A stretch of DNA of 64,000 nt from Squalus acanthias (lineage: Eukaryota), in the NCBI GenBank assembly GCA_030390025.1, contig JASTWF010000033.1, positions 3,660,001 through 3,724,000 of the forward strand. Direction: 5' to 3'. Every line of letters starts with the position of its first letter. The first letter of the stretch is position 1. The notes below the pieces were generated by a model. That model worked only from the letters and a program-made list of their open reading frames with translations. It was not told where the DNA came from and did not search any database. Positions 11,828-24,200 of the stretch are shown piece by piece. Position numbers and translations under genes: made by a program.

Positions 11828-12781
11828 ATGGAGCAGGTGATGTGTTACTGTTGGAAGATGTGGGAGCCGGTGGACCCCATTGAGGCTCACATTGATTACA
11901 TCTGTGACAAGTGTCTGCTGCTGCAGGAACTCTAGCTCCGTGTTAATGAGCTGGAGTCTGAGCTTCAGACACAGCGACACATTAGGGAGGGGGAGAAGTA
12001 CCTGGACTTTGTGTTTCAGGAGGTGGTCACACCTATGAAGTTAATTAATTCAGATGTAGCCCATGGTCAGGGACAGGACGGTGTGACTACGAGTGAGGCG
12101 GGTACGGGGATCCAGGAGGTAGTGTTGGAGGATCCGCAGCCCTTGCTCTTGTCCAACAGGTTCGGGGTTCTTACTCCCTGTGGGGACGGGAGCACGGACT
12201 CCAGGGAGGATGAGCTACCTGGCCACAGCACCGTGGAACGGGGGGCCATTCAAGAGGGGGGAGTAAATCGAAATGTTGTAGTGGTAGGGAATAGTATTAT
12301 TAGGGGGATAGATAGAGTTCCCTGCAGCCGAGAGCGAGAGTCCCGTAGGCTGTGTTGCCTGCCCGGTGCCAGGGTTAAGGACATCTCCTCTGGGCTGGAA
12401 AGAAACTTGCAGTGGGAGGGGGTGGACCCAGTTGTCCTGGTCCATGTTGGTACAAACGACGTAGATAGGACAAGGAAGCCGGTTCTTTTAAAGGAGTATG
12501 AGCAGCTAGGGGTCAAATTAAAAAACAGAACCTCAAGGGTAATAATCTCTGGATTATTACCTGAGCCACGAGCGAATTTGGCTAGGACAAATAAAATTAG
12601 AGATTTAAATGAGTGGCTCAAAGACTGGTGTGGGAGAAATGGGTTTTGCTTCCTGGGACACTGGCACCAGTACTGGGGCAGGAGGGAGCTGTTCCGTTGG
12701 GACGGGCTTCACTTGGCCAGTGCTGGGACTAGAGTCCTGGCGGATCATATAAAAAGGGCTGTAGAGAGGGCTTTAAACTAA
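11828..12781 (+). pseudogene. CR1 ORF1 (finger + SGNH esterase-like), one in-frame stop
   Basis: ATG at 11828 is in frame with ORF 12011-12781 (VVGNSIIRG, CLPGA, HVGTND, DGLHL). Confidence 0.85.
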
Positions 12782-12862
12782 CTAGTGGGGGGGAGGTTCC
12801 GAGAGAGCAAATAATAAAAAGGACAAGACTTAGGTAGCAGTGGGGAAATTAAAAACCAGAGT

Positions 12863-15762
12863 GTGTCAGGAAGGGACAGAAGATATGGAGTAAAAGGTAA
12901 AGTAATAAAAAGGGCAAAAGCAGGAACTAAGTGTCACAAAACATTTTTGAAAGTTCTCTATCTGAATGCACGTAGCATTCGTAACAAAATAGACGAGTTA
13001 ATGGCACAAATAAGTACATATGGGTATGATCTTGTGGCCATTACAGAAACATGACTGTAGCGTGACACTGCCTGGGAATTAAACATACCAGGTTATTTAA
13101 CGATCAGGAAGGACAGGCAGGAAGGAAGGGGAGGTGGGGTGGCTATGTTAATAAAGGAAGGAATCACTGTAATACAGAGAAATGATATTGGGTCAAAAGA
13201 TCAGGATAATGAAACAGTTTGGGTGGAGATAAGGAATAATAAGGGGAAAACAACACTAGTGGGCGTAGTCTATAGGCCTCCGAATAGTTGCAACTCTGTT
13301 GGACGGAGTATCAATCAGGAAATAGAAGAGGCTTGTAATAAGGGAACATCTATAATTATGGGGGATTTTAACGATCATATTAATTGGGCAAATCAAATTG
13401 GGCAGGGCTGCCTTGAGGATGAGTTCATTGACTGTATTGGGGATGGGTTTCTTGAGCAGTATGTAACTGAAGCGACCAGGTGGCAAGCAACCTTAGATCT
13501 GGTCCTGAGTAACGAGACAGGATTAATTAAAAATGTCGTAGTAAAGGATCCCCTTGGAATGAGTGACCATAACATTGTTGAATTCCATATTCAATTAGAG
13601 GGTGAGAAGGTTGGATCTCAAACAAGCGTGCTAAGCTTGAATAAAGAGACTATGAAGGTATGCGAGCGGAATTGAATAGAGTGGCTTGGGAAAATAGACT
13701 AAAGGGTAAGACGATACATGATCAGTGGTGTACATTTAAGGAGTTATTTTACAACTTCCAAAAAATATATATTCCACTGAGAAGAAAAGGGTGTAAAAGA
13801 AAAGACAGTCATCCGTGGCTAAGTAAAGAAATTAAGGATAGTATTCGAATAAAAACAAGGTCTTATAAGGAAGCCAAATCTAGTGGGAGGATAGAGGATT
13901 GGGAAAACTTTAAAAGACAGCAAAAAATAACAAAAAGATTGATTAAGAAAGGGAAGATAGATTATGAAAGTAAATTAGCAAAAAATATAAAAACAGATAG
14001 TAAGAGTTTTTATAGTTATATAAAAAGAAAAAAGGGTGGCTAAAGTAAATGTTGGTCTCTTAGAGGATGAGACCAGGAAATTAATGGTGGGAAATATGGA
14101 GATGGCAAATACACTGAATGAATATTTTGTATCAGTCTTTACAGTAGAGGACACTAAGAATATCCCAACACTGGACAAACAGGGGGCTATAGGGGGGGGG
14201 GGGGAGGAGCTAAACACGATCAAAATCACTAAGGAAGAGGTACTCGGTAAAATAATGGGACTCAAGGCGGATAAATCACCTGGACCTGATGGCTTACATT
14301 CTAGGGTCTTGAGGGAAGAGGCGGTAGGGATTGTGGATGCATTGGTAATCATTTTCCTAAACTCCCTGGATTCAGCAAAGATCCCGGCAGACTGGAAAAC
14401 TGCTAATGTAACACCCTTATTTAAAAAGGGCAGTAGACAGAAGGTTGGAAAATATAGACTGGTTAGCCTAACATCTGTGGTAGGTAAAATTTTGGAGTCC
14501 ATTATTAAGGAGACAGTAACGGGACATTTGGATAATCATAATTTAATAGGACAAAGTCAGCGTGGTTTTATGAAGGGGAAGTCATGTTTGACAAATTTGC
14601 TGTATTTCTTTGAGGAAGTAACACACAGGGTGGATAAAGGGGAACCGGTGGATGTGGTATATTTAGACTTCCAAAAGGCATTTGACAAGGTGCCACACAA
14701 AAGATTATTGCTTAAGATAAAAAATCACTGGATTGGGGGTAATATTCTGGCATGGATAGAGGTTTGGCTATCTAACAGAAGGCAGAGAGTTGGAATAAAT
14801 GGTTCATTCTCGGACTGGCAACCAGTTGCCAGTGGTGTTACGCAGGGGTCGGTGCTTGGTCCCCAACTCTTTACAATCTATATTAACGATTTGGAGGAGG
14901 GGACCGAGTGTAACATATCAAAGTTTGCAGATGATACATAGATGGGAGGGAAAGTAGTTAGTGAGGAGGACATAAACAATCTGCAAGGGGACATAGACAC
15001 GCTAAGTAAGTGGGCAGAGATTTGGCAGATGGAATACAATACTGGAAAGTGTGAGGTTATGCACTTTGGCAGGAAAAATAGTAGAGCAAGTTATTATCGA
15101 AATGGCAAGAAACTGGAATGTACTGAAGTACAAAGGGATCTGCGGGTCCTGGTGCACGAAACTCAAAAGGTTAGTATTTAGGTGCAGCAAGTGATTAAGA
15201 AGGCCAATGGAATGTTGGCTTTCATTGCTAAGGGGATAGAATATAAAAATAGGGAGATATTGCTGCAGTTGTACAAGGTATTGGTGAGACCGCACCTTGA
15301 ATACTGCATACAGTTTTGGTGTCCATAATTAAGAAAAGACATACTTGCTCTCGAGTCAGTACAAAGAAGGTTCACTCGGTTAATCCCGGGGATGAGGGGA
15401 TGGACATATGAGGAGAGGTTGGGTAGATTGGGACTCTACACATTGGAGTTAGAAGAATGAGAGGCGATCTTAATGAAACATATAAGATTGTGAAGGGGTT
15501 GGATCGGGTGGATGCGGGGAGGATGTTCCTGATGATGGGTGAAACTAGAACTAGGTGGCATAGTCTTAGAATAAGGGGCTGCTCTTTCAAAACTGAGATG
15601 AGAAGGAACTACTTCACTCAGAGGGTGGTAGGTCCATGGAATATGCTGCCCCCAAAAGCTGTAGAAGCTACATCATTACATAAATTTAAAACAGAAATTG
15701 ACAGTTTCCTAGAAGTAAAGGGAATTAAGGGTTACGGGGAGCGGGCAGGAATTTGGACATGA
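12863..15762 (+). pseudogene. CR1 ORF2 (APE + RT), disrupted
   Basis: [35 protein letters not shown] and TRWHSLRI across several broken ORFs. Confidence 0.92.
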
Positions 15763-15891
15763 GTCTAGGTTCGGAACGGTCGTGGCCCTGTGGGTAGCGT
15801 AGCGGGCCCAGGGGTCGTGTAGCCTGATCCTGCTCCTATTTCGTATGTCCAATTCTGTTAGGTTCAGGAGATGGTTCTGTGATAGTAGATT

Positions 15892-17559
15892 TGTACGGGG
15901 GCCTGTCTCAGACGGTGCTGGTGCGAGGTTAGGCCTTCGTTGCCTAATACTATTGCTTGCTCTGATCTCCGGCCAGCCTTTTTGCAATAAGCACCTGTGA
16001 GTGGTTCGACCCACTCGCCCTTACGGTTCTAACACTGGACTTGGGTGCAAGGAGCAGTAATGCAGAGAAAACTCAAATAGAACCGGTTGAATAGTACGAA
16101 ATGGAAATCTTTATTGCATGGCGTCTAAAATCAGGAAGTACATGTCATAGGCACAAATCAACGAGAGTACAAGTATACATACATTCATAAAGCTTGGTCT
16201 ATGGAAATGAAAAACACACGGCACATCGTAAAAAGGGGAACACATTATACCTTAACCTTATTAAAAACCACCCTCCCTTAACAACATCTACACTACGTCT
16301 AGATTTGTAGGATCGGAAAACACACTCACCACTCGTGTTACTTCGGAGATTTTTAAAGTGAGGCACTCAACTCGTTTCGCTGCAGCGCTGACTGTCACGT
16401 GTTTGGTAGGGTCTCTGCACCCCACTTGTTTACTTTCGCTGCTGCGAAAAGCAGGCCAGACTCTCTGTTGTCATGAAGAACTCGGCAGAACTCGGAACGT
16501 TTGTAAAATTCAAAGAAGAGTCTTCCTGTGCGCGATACAGGTTGTAGTCGGTAGAACTCAAAGAAGAGTTCTTTATTTATATTTTCGGGCGCGGTCGGGG
16601 TTTACTGACCGTAGCGGCACGTGGATTCTTCTCGTCTTCTTCTCGTCTCGTCTCTTCGGGCCTCCGGGTCCAGACACCGTTTACTGACACTCGGGATGGT
16701 GTACCCTGTTACTTGCCCTTGTCGGGGCGGCTCGTTCCGATTGAGCTCCACCCAACATTCGAATAACCGACCAGTACGGCTAAGAGTCAAGAGTCAACAA
16801 AGTCCAGAGAAACACAAAGTCCAGCCCTAAGGAAGAGCTTCAGCAAGAGTCCGCCGAGAGATAAGAGCCAGCCGGGAGAATAAGAGTTCAGCAGACAGCA
16901 GCGAGATAAGAGACCGATGGACATTTGTTCTCTATAGTTATAGTGATGTGTCCCCTTATCTCCCGCTCAAATCTTAATGTTTGTCCTTTGTGTAATATTG
17001 GCGCACAAAACTTCCAGCAGGGGGCGATTCTTTTCTTTAACGGGTTTCGGTAGCACCTGAAACTGGCCAACTATCAGTTAATGTCTTCCCCATTGTTGAA
17101 CCAGCCAGGATGTGTATGAATCGTCTCCCTGACTGGTTTTGGGCCCTCCCCGAATACGGACTTAATCACCCGTCAATGTCTCTCTCATTGTAGAGCCGTG
17201 GGGGTATTTGTGAATTGATGTGTCTGGATGGGCCTTCAATTGCCCAGTACAATGATCCTTACTGTGCATAGGAAAACGATTCCAGCACTTATATCTTTGC
17301 TATTGTTCCAAATGCAAACGGGTTGCATCCTGTCTTTATCAGTGTTTACCGAGTATGATCCAATCTTATTCTGAATGTTTATTCGACGCCATCTTGTCTG
17401 CCCACTGTATTTCCGGAAGCTTCTGCCACAATGCGCGGCTGCCATTTTACAGGCTTCTGTGTCCTTTATTATCAGGACAGCATTTTGTTTAATAAAACTG
17501 ATCAAACGAATCTGCTTCTCTCTTGTTATTTTGAATCGCGATAATTGCGACACTGTACA
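15892..17559 (-). repeat. 3' LTR (1668 bp)
   Basis: Termini TGTAC..GTACA; colinear with 31703-33371. Minus-strand AATAAA at 16110-16115 and TATAAATA at ~16574-16581. Confidence 0.95.
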
Positions 17560-17572
17560 GTCCCTCCTGTTG
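17560..17572 (-). other. Polypurine tract
   Basis: Minus strand reads AACAGGAGGGAC immediately before the TG of the 3' LTR. Confidence 0.7.
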
Positions 17573-17953
17573 ATGCGAATAACTCCGCTTATTGTATCAA
17601 TTAAAAATGGTGTTGAGCAAAATTATCCCGATTCTCCACATCCAAACACTCCCGGTACTTAAACTATCTGTGGCCTCCATGCAGTCCTCATTTCCCAGTG
17701 AAATTACATTGTCTAAACTTGGATAAATCGTAGGCAGCATTGCCTTTAAACTTACACTGCGTATACGCCTTCCAGGTGCAAAAGACCGATGCCTCTCGCA
17801 CCACCTGTATATGCATGTTTTATTATAAAAGGAAAAATAATCAAACCAACTGCTTTAAAAATACAAAAGTTCCAAACTTAGTTACACATACTCATAACTA
17901 ACAACAACTACAAAAACACACATGGTAAAATGGAGCGGCGTCATTCTGGCCGT

Positions 17954-20309
17954 TTACGCGGTACTTTCCTCGTTCACGCGCACGTAACGTACTCTCCACT
18001 CCCCTGTGTTCTCCTGCCTCGTGAGGCGTTTGCCTCTTTTGCAGTGTACGGACAATAGGTACACTACAATCACAACTTGACACACTACCAAAATGTGGGA
18101 GGCTATCCTTATCCATGACGGGACTTCAATATTAATGAACAGATCCCACCACGGTGGGATTACTATGTTCAGTATCTCTGTCCCTATCTCTACAGTCTTT
18201 TGTTCCAGGGTGTAAAAATGTTTCTGTGATACCATGACGGCTTTTAAAATCTTGGTGAGGTGTTCAGGGAGAGGGGGAATAATGTATCCGAAATGCGCGA
18301 CGAATCGCTGCAAGTCTGTGAAATTCTCTTTTACAGTGAGGTGAACAGTGGATGGTTCAGGGATCGGGACAATTCGCTATTGTGCCACTTGAACTTCAGC
18401 CCTGAATTTAAAACAGAAATTGCTGTCACTCACCAGACACCGGCTGTGGTGTCCATGCTGGTAGTGTTGCGCTGCAGTGGCAACGCAATACGTTCCACCC
18501 CCCATGTATGCCACCTGTGGGGGCACATGATCTTGTGTCATTGCTTCCATGGTGCAATTCATGGGCTTCGCGCCAGCCGTTCTGAACCCGCATTGTGGTG
18601 TTAAAAAGGCATTCAAGTGCTGGGGACACAGTATGATGTGTGCTCCCCGGCCACGACAACCCGAAAGGTTGGTACCTGTCATCGTTTGCTCCAAGCGGAT
18701 GACGTAAGGTGGGACCGCTGCATAGCGAATGTGGGCTCCCCCCTGAATGACACCAATGTTCTCCACTCGATAAACCGGGGCGGGCTTTGCTGTGTCGCCC
18801 AACACCGGCAACCGTACTACTATCCCCGTGATAGTATGATTTGACCGTCTGCAGTCCACGGTGACTGGGTATGCCTCTGAGGCTAGCCTGAGCTGGCACG
18901 GGCTTAATGCGTTCTGAAAAGTGTGGAGCGCCTGCAGGTGTTTGTTACTTATCCAGGACGGGACCAAACCTTGTTTTAAATCCTCCAAATTACTGCGGCC
19001 CTCGCCCAGTAACCACGCCCCATATAGTACGCACACCTCGTTCTGCGCAGCTTGATCGGATGCATTCTGATCTTCCCTGATCAGGGCATTTACCGTTCTC
19101 GCATGCTTCTCCAGCTCTGCTACAATCTCTTTTAAGTGTAGTGTCATGGCCTTGTCCTCATGTAACTCAGACCCTACTACGTTCTCGTTTGTGAGGATGC
19201 TTTTTAACTGTGTTTTTAAACCGTTGATCTGGGTCTGCAGCTCCACATTGTCTAGAGCATTGACCACAGATGTTCCCGTATTAAAAGCAGTGAACACATC
19301 GTTCACAACATCCCTTCTTTGTCTCCCCACCTGACCCAAAACTTCGTGTGGTGTGGTGTATAAGCTTGTTTTGTCAACCTCTGCAAAAGCAAACTCATAG
19401 AATTGCCTGAACATGTTTGTTAACAGGACCTGGTACAATTGTTCCATTTCTTTGGGACACCACTCTGGTAATTGCACCTCGGTGAGATTTAGATTCAACG
19501 AAGCCACCGCGTAATGTACCCCTTGATATAGTATCTGATCTGTTGGCACCAGTACCAGACCATTCCCGGGCCCCTTAGTGGTTTTAGGGCACCCTTCCTC
19601 CTGAGCCAAAACCACCGGAATCGTGGGCGGAGACTTGCGTGGGCACGTGATGAGTTCAGTGGCGTTTACCGGGATCGGGGAGAATGGAGCTCCGCACCCC
19701 CTGGTGCTGACATCCCACCTCATCCCTTTCCCGTCATACTGCCGCTGTTGCAGGAAAAATATGGATATACACTTGGGGCAAACGTACTTCGATCCCCACA
19801 TACAAACATATATTCCCTCATCCGGTTCCCACCATTTGTCCCAACAGACTTTCAATTGTCCGTTAGTCCCCGTAATTGTCCGATGGGTATTGTTACCCAA
19901 TCGCTCCCACTCGACCGAGGAATTTCTCATAGTCTTGCTTAACTTCCATAACCACCACCTTCGGCTCAATGGGACCTTCCCATTGCTCGTCAAACAAATC
20001 CTTTTTGCCGACGGTGACGGTGACGCTGATTCTGGGTGCAATGATCCTCACCCTGGGACACAGTAAAGAAGTATCTTTGTAGGCAAATCCGGATGCGCTG
20101 GAGTATTCCGTCGAATTCGTTCCCAGCCATCCCGGCCACCTTCCCTTGTGGAAATAAGTGGCGGTTTCCTCAGCCTTTCGCTCCCCGGTCCCATCCGTCG
20201 CGATGGGGCCCGTGTCCCCGGAGCAACCGAACACAACGACATCCTTGGTGAGGCCCCGATAGGCCAATTCATATCCGATCGTTGCGAGAACTATCAGAAT
20301 CCGTTCCAT
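17954..20309 (-). pseudogene. env: Envelope glycoprotein, class I F-type fusogen; one frameshift, two in-frame stops
   Basis: Signal-like MERILIVLATIG at 20309. ORFs 20048-20272, 18377-20041 and 17954-18313 share one frame. Furin site RQRR at 19313-19324, then fusion-peptide/heptad region, Cys-rich domain, several N-x-S/T sites and TM segment IASHILVVCQVVIVVYLLSV. Confidence 0.88.
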
Positions 20310-20861
20310 CTTTCCTGTTTCAGTGATCAGATAAAATGATGTCGCCAGCCTCCCAAGAGTCTTTGGCTTTTGTGAAGGGTGAGCGGGTCCCTTTACCTCG
20401 TCTCACGTACAAAGACACGTATGCTGGATAGACCTTAACTATTCCTATCACTAACTCCCATCATTTTACCATTTACTTTTAAAATTAAACTACAATCTTA
20501 CCAAACTTAAAACACTATAAACTTAAACTTATCCTAAACTTAACTGTACAGCGCCGCCCGTTCCCAGGGCGGCCTACCTAAATTCTGCGAAGGCTGCCAG
20601 GAGCTTTTCCCAGTGGCGGGGGTGCACTGACCCCATCCATTGATCTGCCGCAGCCTGTCGTCGCTGCGCTGGGACTGGGATCTCCCTGGGCTACCTTGAA
20701 CTTACGCCTGGGGATGTACGAGGGATTTGACCACAACTTCCTGGGCTGGGGTGTCCGACTCGACCTACGGAGGGCTACCTTGGGCAAGATTTCCAGGACC
20801 GACGGATCGGGAACCGAGACTTCCACCGTCACGGCCTGTGGTCCCACCACAGCCGCCGGCT

Positions 20862-21307
20862 CTGTCTCCCCTGGCTCCGCCCCCTGGGCTCGGGACCTGC
20901 GGTTTCTGACTCCACCCTACTTGTCTCTCCAGTATGTGGAACTCAACTCACAGTCCCTATCTCCCCTGGCCCCGCCCCCCTGGCCCCGCCCCCTGGGCTC
21001 GGGAGCTGTGGTTTCTGACTCCACCCTCCTTGTCTCTCCAGTATGTGGATCTCCACTCACAGTCCCTGTCTCCCCTGGCCCCGCCCCCTGGGCTCGGGAT
21101 CTGTGGTTTCTGACTCCACCCTACTTGTCTCTCCAGTATGTGGAACTCCACTCACAATCCCTGTCTCCCCTGGCTCCGCCCCCTGGCCCCGCCCCCTGGC
21201 CCCGCCCCCCTGGCCCCGCCCCCTGGGCTCGGGATCTGCAGTTTCTGACTCCACCCTACTTGTCTCTCCAGTATGTTGAACTCCACTCGCAGTCCCTGTC
21301 TCCCCTG
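20862..21307. repeat. Tandem array between integrase and env: 4 units of a 95-bp core with variable GC-box subrepeats
   Basis: Units start at 20862, 20957, 21066 and 21161 (95, 109, 95 and 135 bp) and carry 1, 2, 1 and 4 copies of TGGC(C/T)CCGCCCCC. Confidence 0.93.
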
Positions 21308-24200
21308 AGCTTGGGTCGAGGGCGGAACCTCCGTCCTCCGCCCCCACCACCTCTCCGACCGGGTCACTACCTTGGTCGAGCTCTCCGAGCTCTTCCTCAT
21401 CTGAATCCCAACACCAAGAAAAGATCCTACACTTTTCCAGAATGTCCTCTCCCCTCAAGCAGGCTGCTTTACCGGCCTGTGTGCCCTGCGGTTCTACCTG
21501 GGGCTGAGAGTCCCCACTCGCAGGTTTGGCCCCTGTGATTGGCCCCTGTGCACCCGGCTTGTACAGCTTGCACTGGTTAATGTGGAACCATTTCGTGCGC
21601 CGGTGTACCTTCACGGCATACACCATGGGACTCGCCTTATCTACAATACTGTGGGGTCCCATATACAGTGGTTCCAAACTCCCTACTCTGGCATAGTTCC
21701 TAACCATGACCTGATCTCCGACTTCACACTTACGGAGTTCCAGCAACAGTCGATTGCCCTGATGCTGTCTTCCCATGTTCCCAGCCGCCTGCTCGTAAAC
21801 CTGCTTCGGGCGCTCCGAGAGGGTCTGGTCAAACTTGTCCCTTTTCACCTCTTGGAGCTGACCTCAGTGAGCACCGGGGCTAGTACATGGGTGGGGGTTC
21901 GCATGAACCTCCCAGTCATCACCTCGTACGGGGAATACCCCGTACTCTTCGACTGGCTGGCCCGGATTTCCATGAGGACTAGAGGCAGAACCTCCGCCCA
22001 TTTTTGGGGTGAGTTCATAGTCTCTTTCCTCAGTTTCTCCTTGAGGGTCCGGTTCATGCGTTCAACAATCCCTGATGACTGGGGATTGTGCGCTACGTGC
22101 CACTTCCCTTCAATGCCCAAAAGCATGAGGGTGTTCTGCATCACCTGTCCGGTGAAATGACTCCCTTGGTCTGACTCCACGAAACGGGGGAGTCCCCACC
22201 GCGAAAACACTTCCCGAACCAAGATCTTGGTAGTACCCAGCGCCGTAGCTGTTCTACAGGGGAAGTCTTCTACCCACTTGGAAAACACATCCACCAAGAC
22301 GAGGCAGTATTTGTAGCCTCCTTGGGTGGTGGGCAGGGGCCCTGTGTAATCGATCTGTCTCGACTGCCATGGTCCCTCCACCCTCCTGATGTGCCCCATG
22401 TGCACTTTCCTTTTCTGGGGGTCTGGGTTGTTTGCAGCGCACACAAGACAGCTTGCACAGAACTCGCGGACCTGCTCCCTGAGTACCGGCCACCAGCCGG
22501 CCTGCTCTACCCGTTGCCAGGTAACCTCAGGCCCGGGGTGTCCTGCCCCCGGCCCCTCATGAGCCAACTGGAGGAATTCCCTCCTGTGCTGCTGCGGCAC
22601 AACCAACTGTTCCTCACGGAACAGCATGCCTTCTTTAACGGAGAGTGTTGCCGTACTGTACGGGCCCTCTACCTGCTTGCCCTCAGTAATCGTTTTGAGA
22701 ACTGCTTTTAGGGCGGGATCCTGGTTCTGGACGGTCTTAAGGTCTAGGGGCAGTGCTACCCTGGTGTTCCCGGTATTCCCTTCCCTGCCTTGGATCGCTG
22801 CCACGGGTCCGGGTCCATAGGGGTCCCAGAAAATGCCGTTACGGGCACCCTCACTGGCTAGCGCATCCGCCTGCTGGTTGCCCTCCCCGCGGGGTTCTGT
22901 GGAGGAGTGAGCCTTCACCTTATGGATGAAAATCTCCCCTTCCTCCCCCACTGCTGCTAGGATCTTTTCCAGCAAGGGCTTCACCGTTAAAGGTCGCCCG
23001 TCCGCGGAGGTGTAGCCAAGGCGGGACCAAATGGCCAGGTAATCCGTACACGAATTGCACGTAAACATACTGTCCGAACAAATCGTGTATGGGGTTGGGA
23101 AGATCTTTGGGTGGGTAACTACGTACGCCACCGCAGACAGCTCAGCATGCTGCACGCTCATCGTGCTGGGGAGTTTAATTGCCAATGCAAGGTTTGCCGC
23201 AGGGTCATAAACTCCACATTCTGTGAGTCGTTCGCCAGCGGACACTGTGCTGGAACCATCAACATAAATCTCGCGGCCTGTGGGATGTATCCCGGCCCGC
23301 AAACCTATGTTGACCTCCCACACCCCTTCCACCAAACACTGGTGGGCTGTTCCGGGGTATACCAGGTTGGCCGTGAGCCTGGGCTCGCAAAGACCTTTAA
23401 CTCTAAGATCCATCTGGGAAAGGAGAAGGGTCCAACGCGCAATACTAGTGCTGCTTACGGTCCCATCCTTAATCCTCCCATCCAGAAGCATCTTGGTTGG
23501 TGTGTGATGGGTGAGGAGAGTGATGGGAGAGAGCCCTGTGAAATTCGCTGATCTTTTCACAGCCCAATGCGTGGCTAAAAGATGCCTTTCGCAGTTGGAA
23601 AAACTCCTATCCACATCCGTTAACACCCTGGACGTATAGACAACCGGCCTCAGTTTGCCGTGACGCTCTTGGAGCAGCACAGCGCTCAAGCTGTCTCCGC
23701 TGGCAACTACCTCCAGGAAAAACTCCTCCCCCCGTCTATGGCCCCTAAAGCTGGCGCGGTCTGCAAATCCCCTTTTAACTTCTCGAATGCTGCCTGACAG
23801 CCCTCGTCCCAAGACCACTCCACTCCCTTATGGAGGAGTCGGAGCAGCGGAGCTGCTGTCGCCGCATAGTCCTCGATAAAGTCTCTACAGTATCCGGTCA
23901 GGCCCAGAAAGGACCTCACACCCGTTATGGTGTTGGGAATCGGTAACTCCTGCACCGACTCCCTCCTAGCCTTATCTATGGCTCTTTCCCCAGCGCGAAT
24001 GGTCAGACCCAGGAATTTTACTTCCTGCTGACCGATCCGTGCTTTCTTAGGGTTAACTTTAAAACCCTTTCTCGCTAGCAGCTCCAATAACTCGGCTAGC
24101 AGTGGTCCATGCTCCTCCCTTGAGTCCGTGACCAGGAGCAAATCATCCACGTACTGCACTATCTGATTGGGCTGACTAAACTCCTTTAAACTTCCTGCCA
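21057..24200 (-). pseudogene. pol: pol 3' part: RT palm/thumb, degenerate RNase H tether, RNase H, integrase with GPY/F tail
   Basis: YVDD at 24142-24153; VRSFLGLTGY; LEVVAS..YTSR..CERHLLA (degenerate RH); YVDGS..AEL..SDS..VKAH..GNQQAD (second RH); HHCC, IDYTGPLP, SDQGSHF, SGIVERMN; LYMGPHSI. Confidence 0.93.

Larger units (their letters stand above)
11268..15891 (+). mobile_element. Full-length CR1 (monomer 5' UTR, ORF1, ORF2), 3' UTR interrupted by the provirus
   Basis: Monomer period is ~295 bp (11265/11560). The 3' UTR matches the uninterrupted copy at 43384-43618 and resumes at 33372. Flanking duplication TACT (11264-11267 / 33475-33478). Confidence 0.9.

Noticed and set aside
16358..17553. 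Accessory ORFs inside the LTRs (e.g. 17236-17553 / 33048-33317)
   Set aside because: Short, mostly non-ATG starts and no motifs. Presence in both LTRs only reflects LTR identity; not excluded but unsupported.
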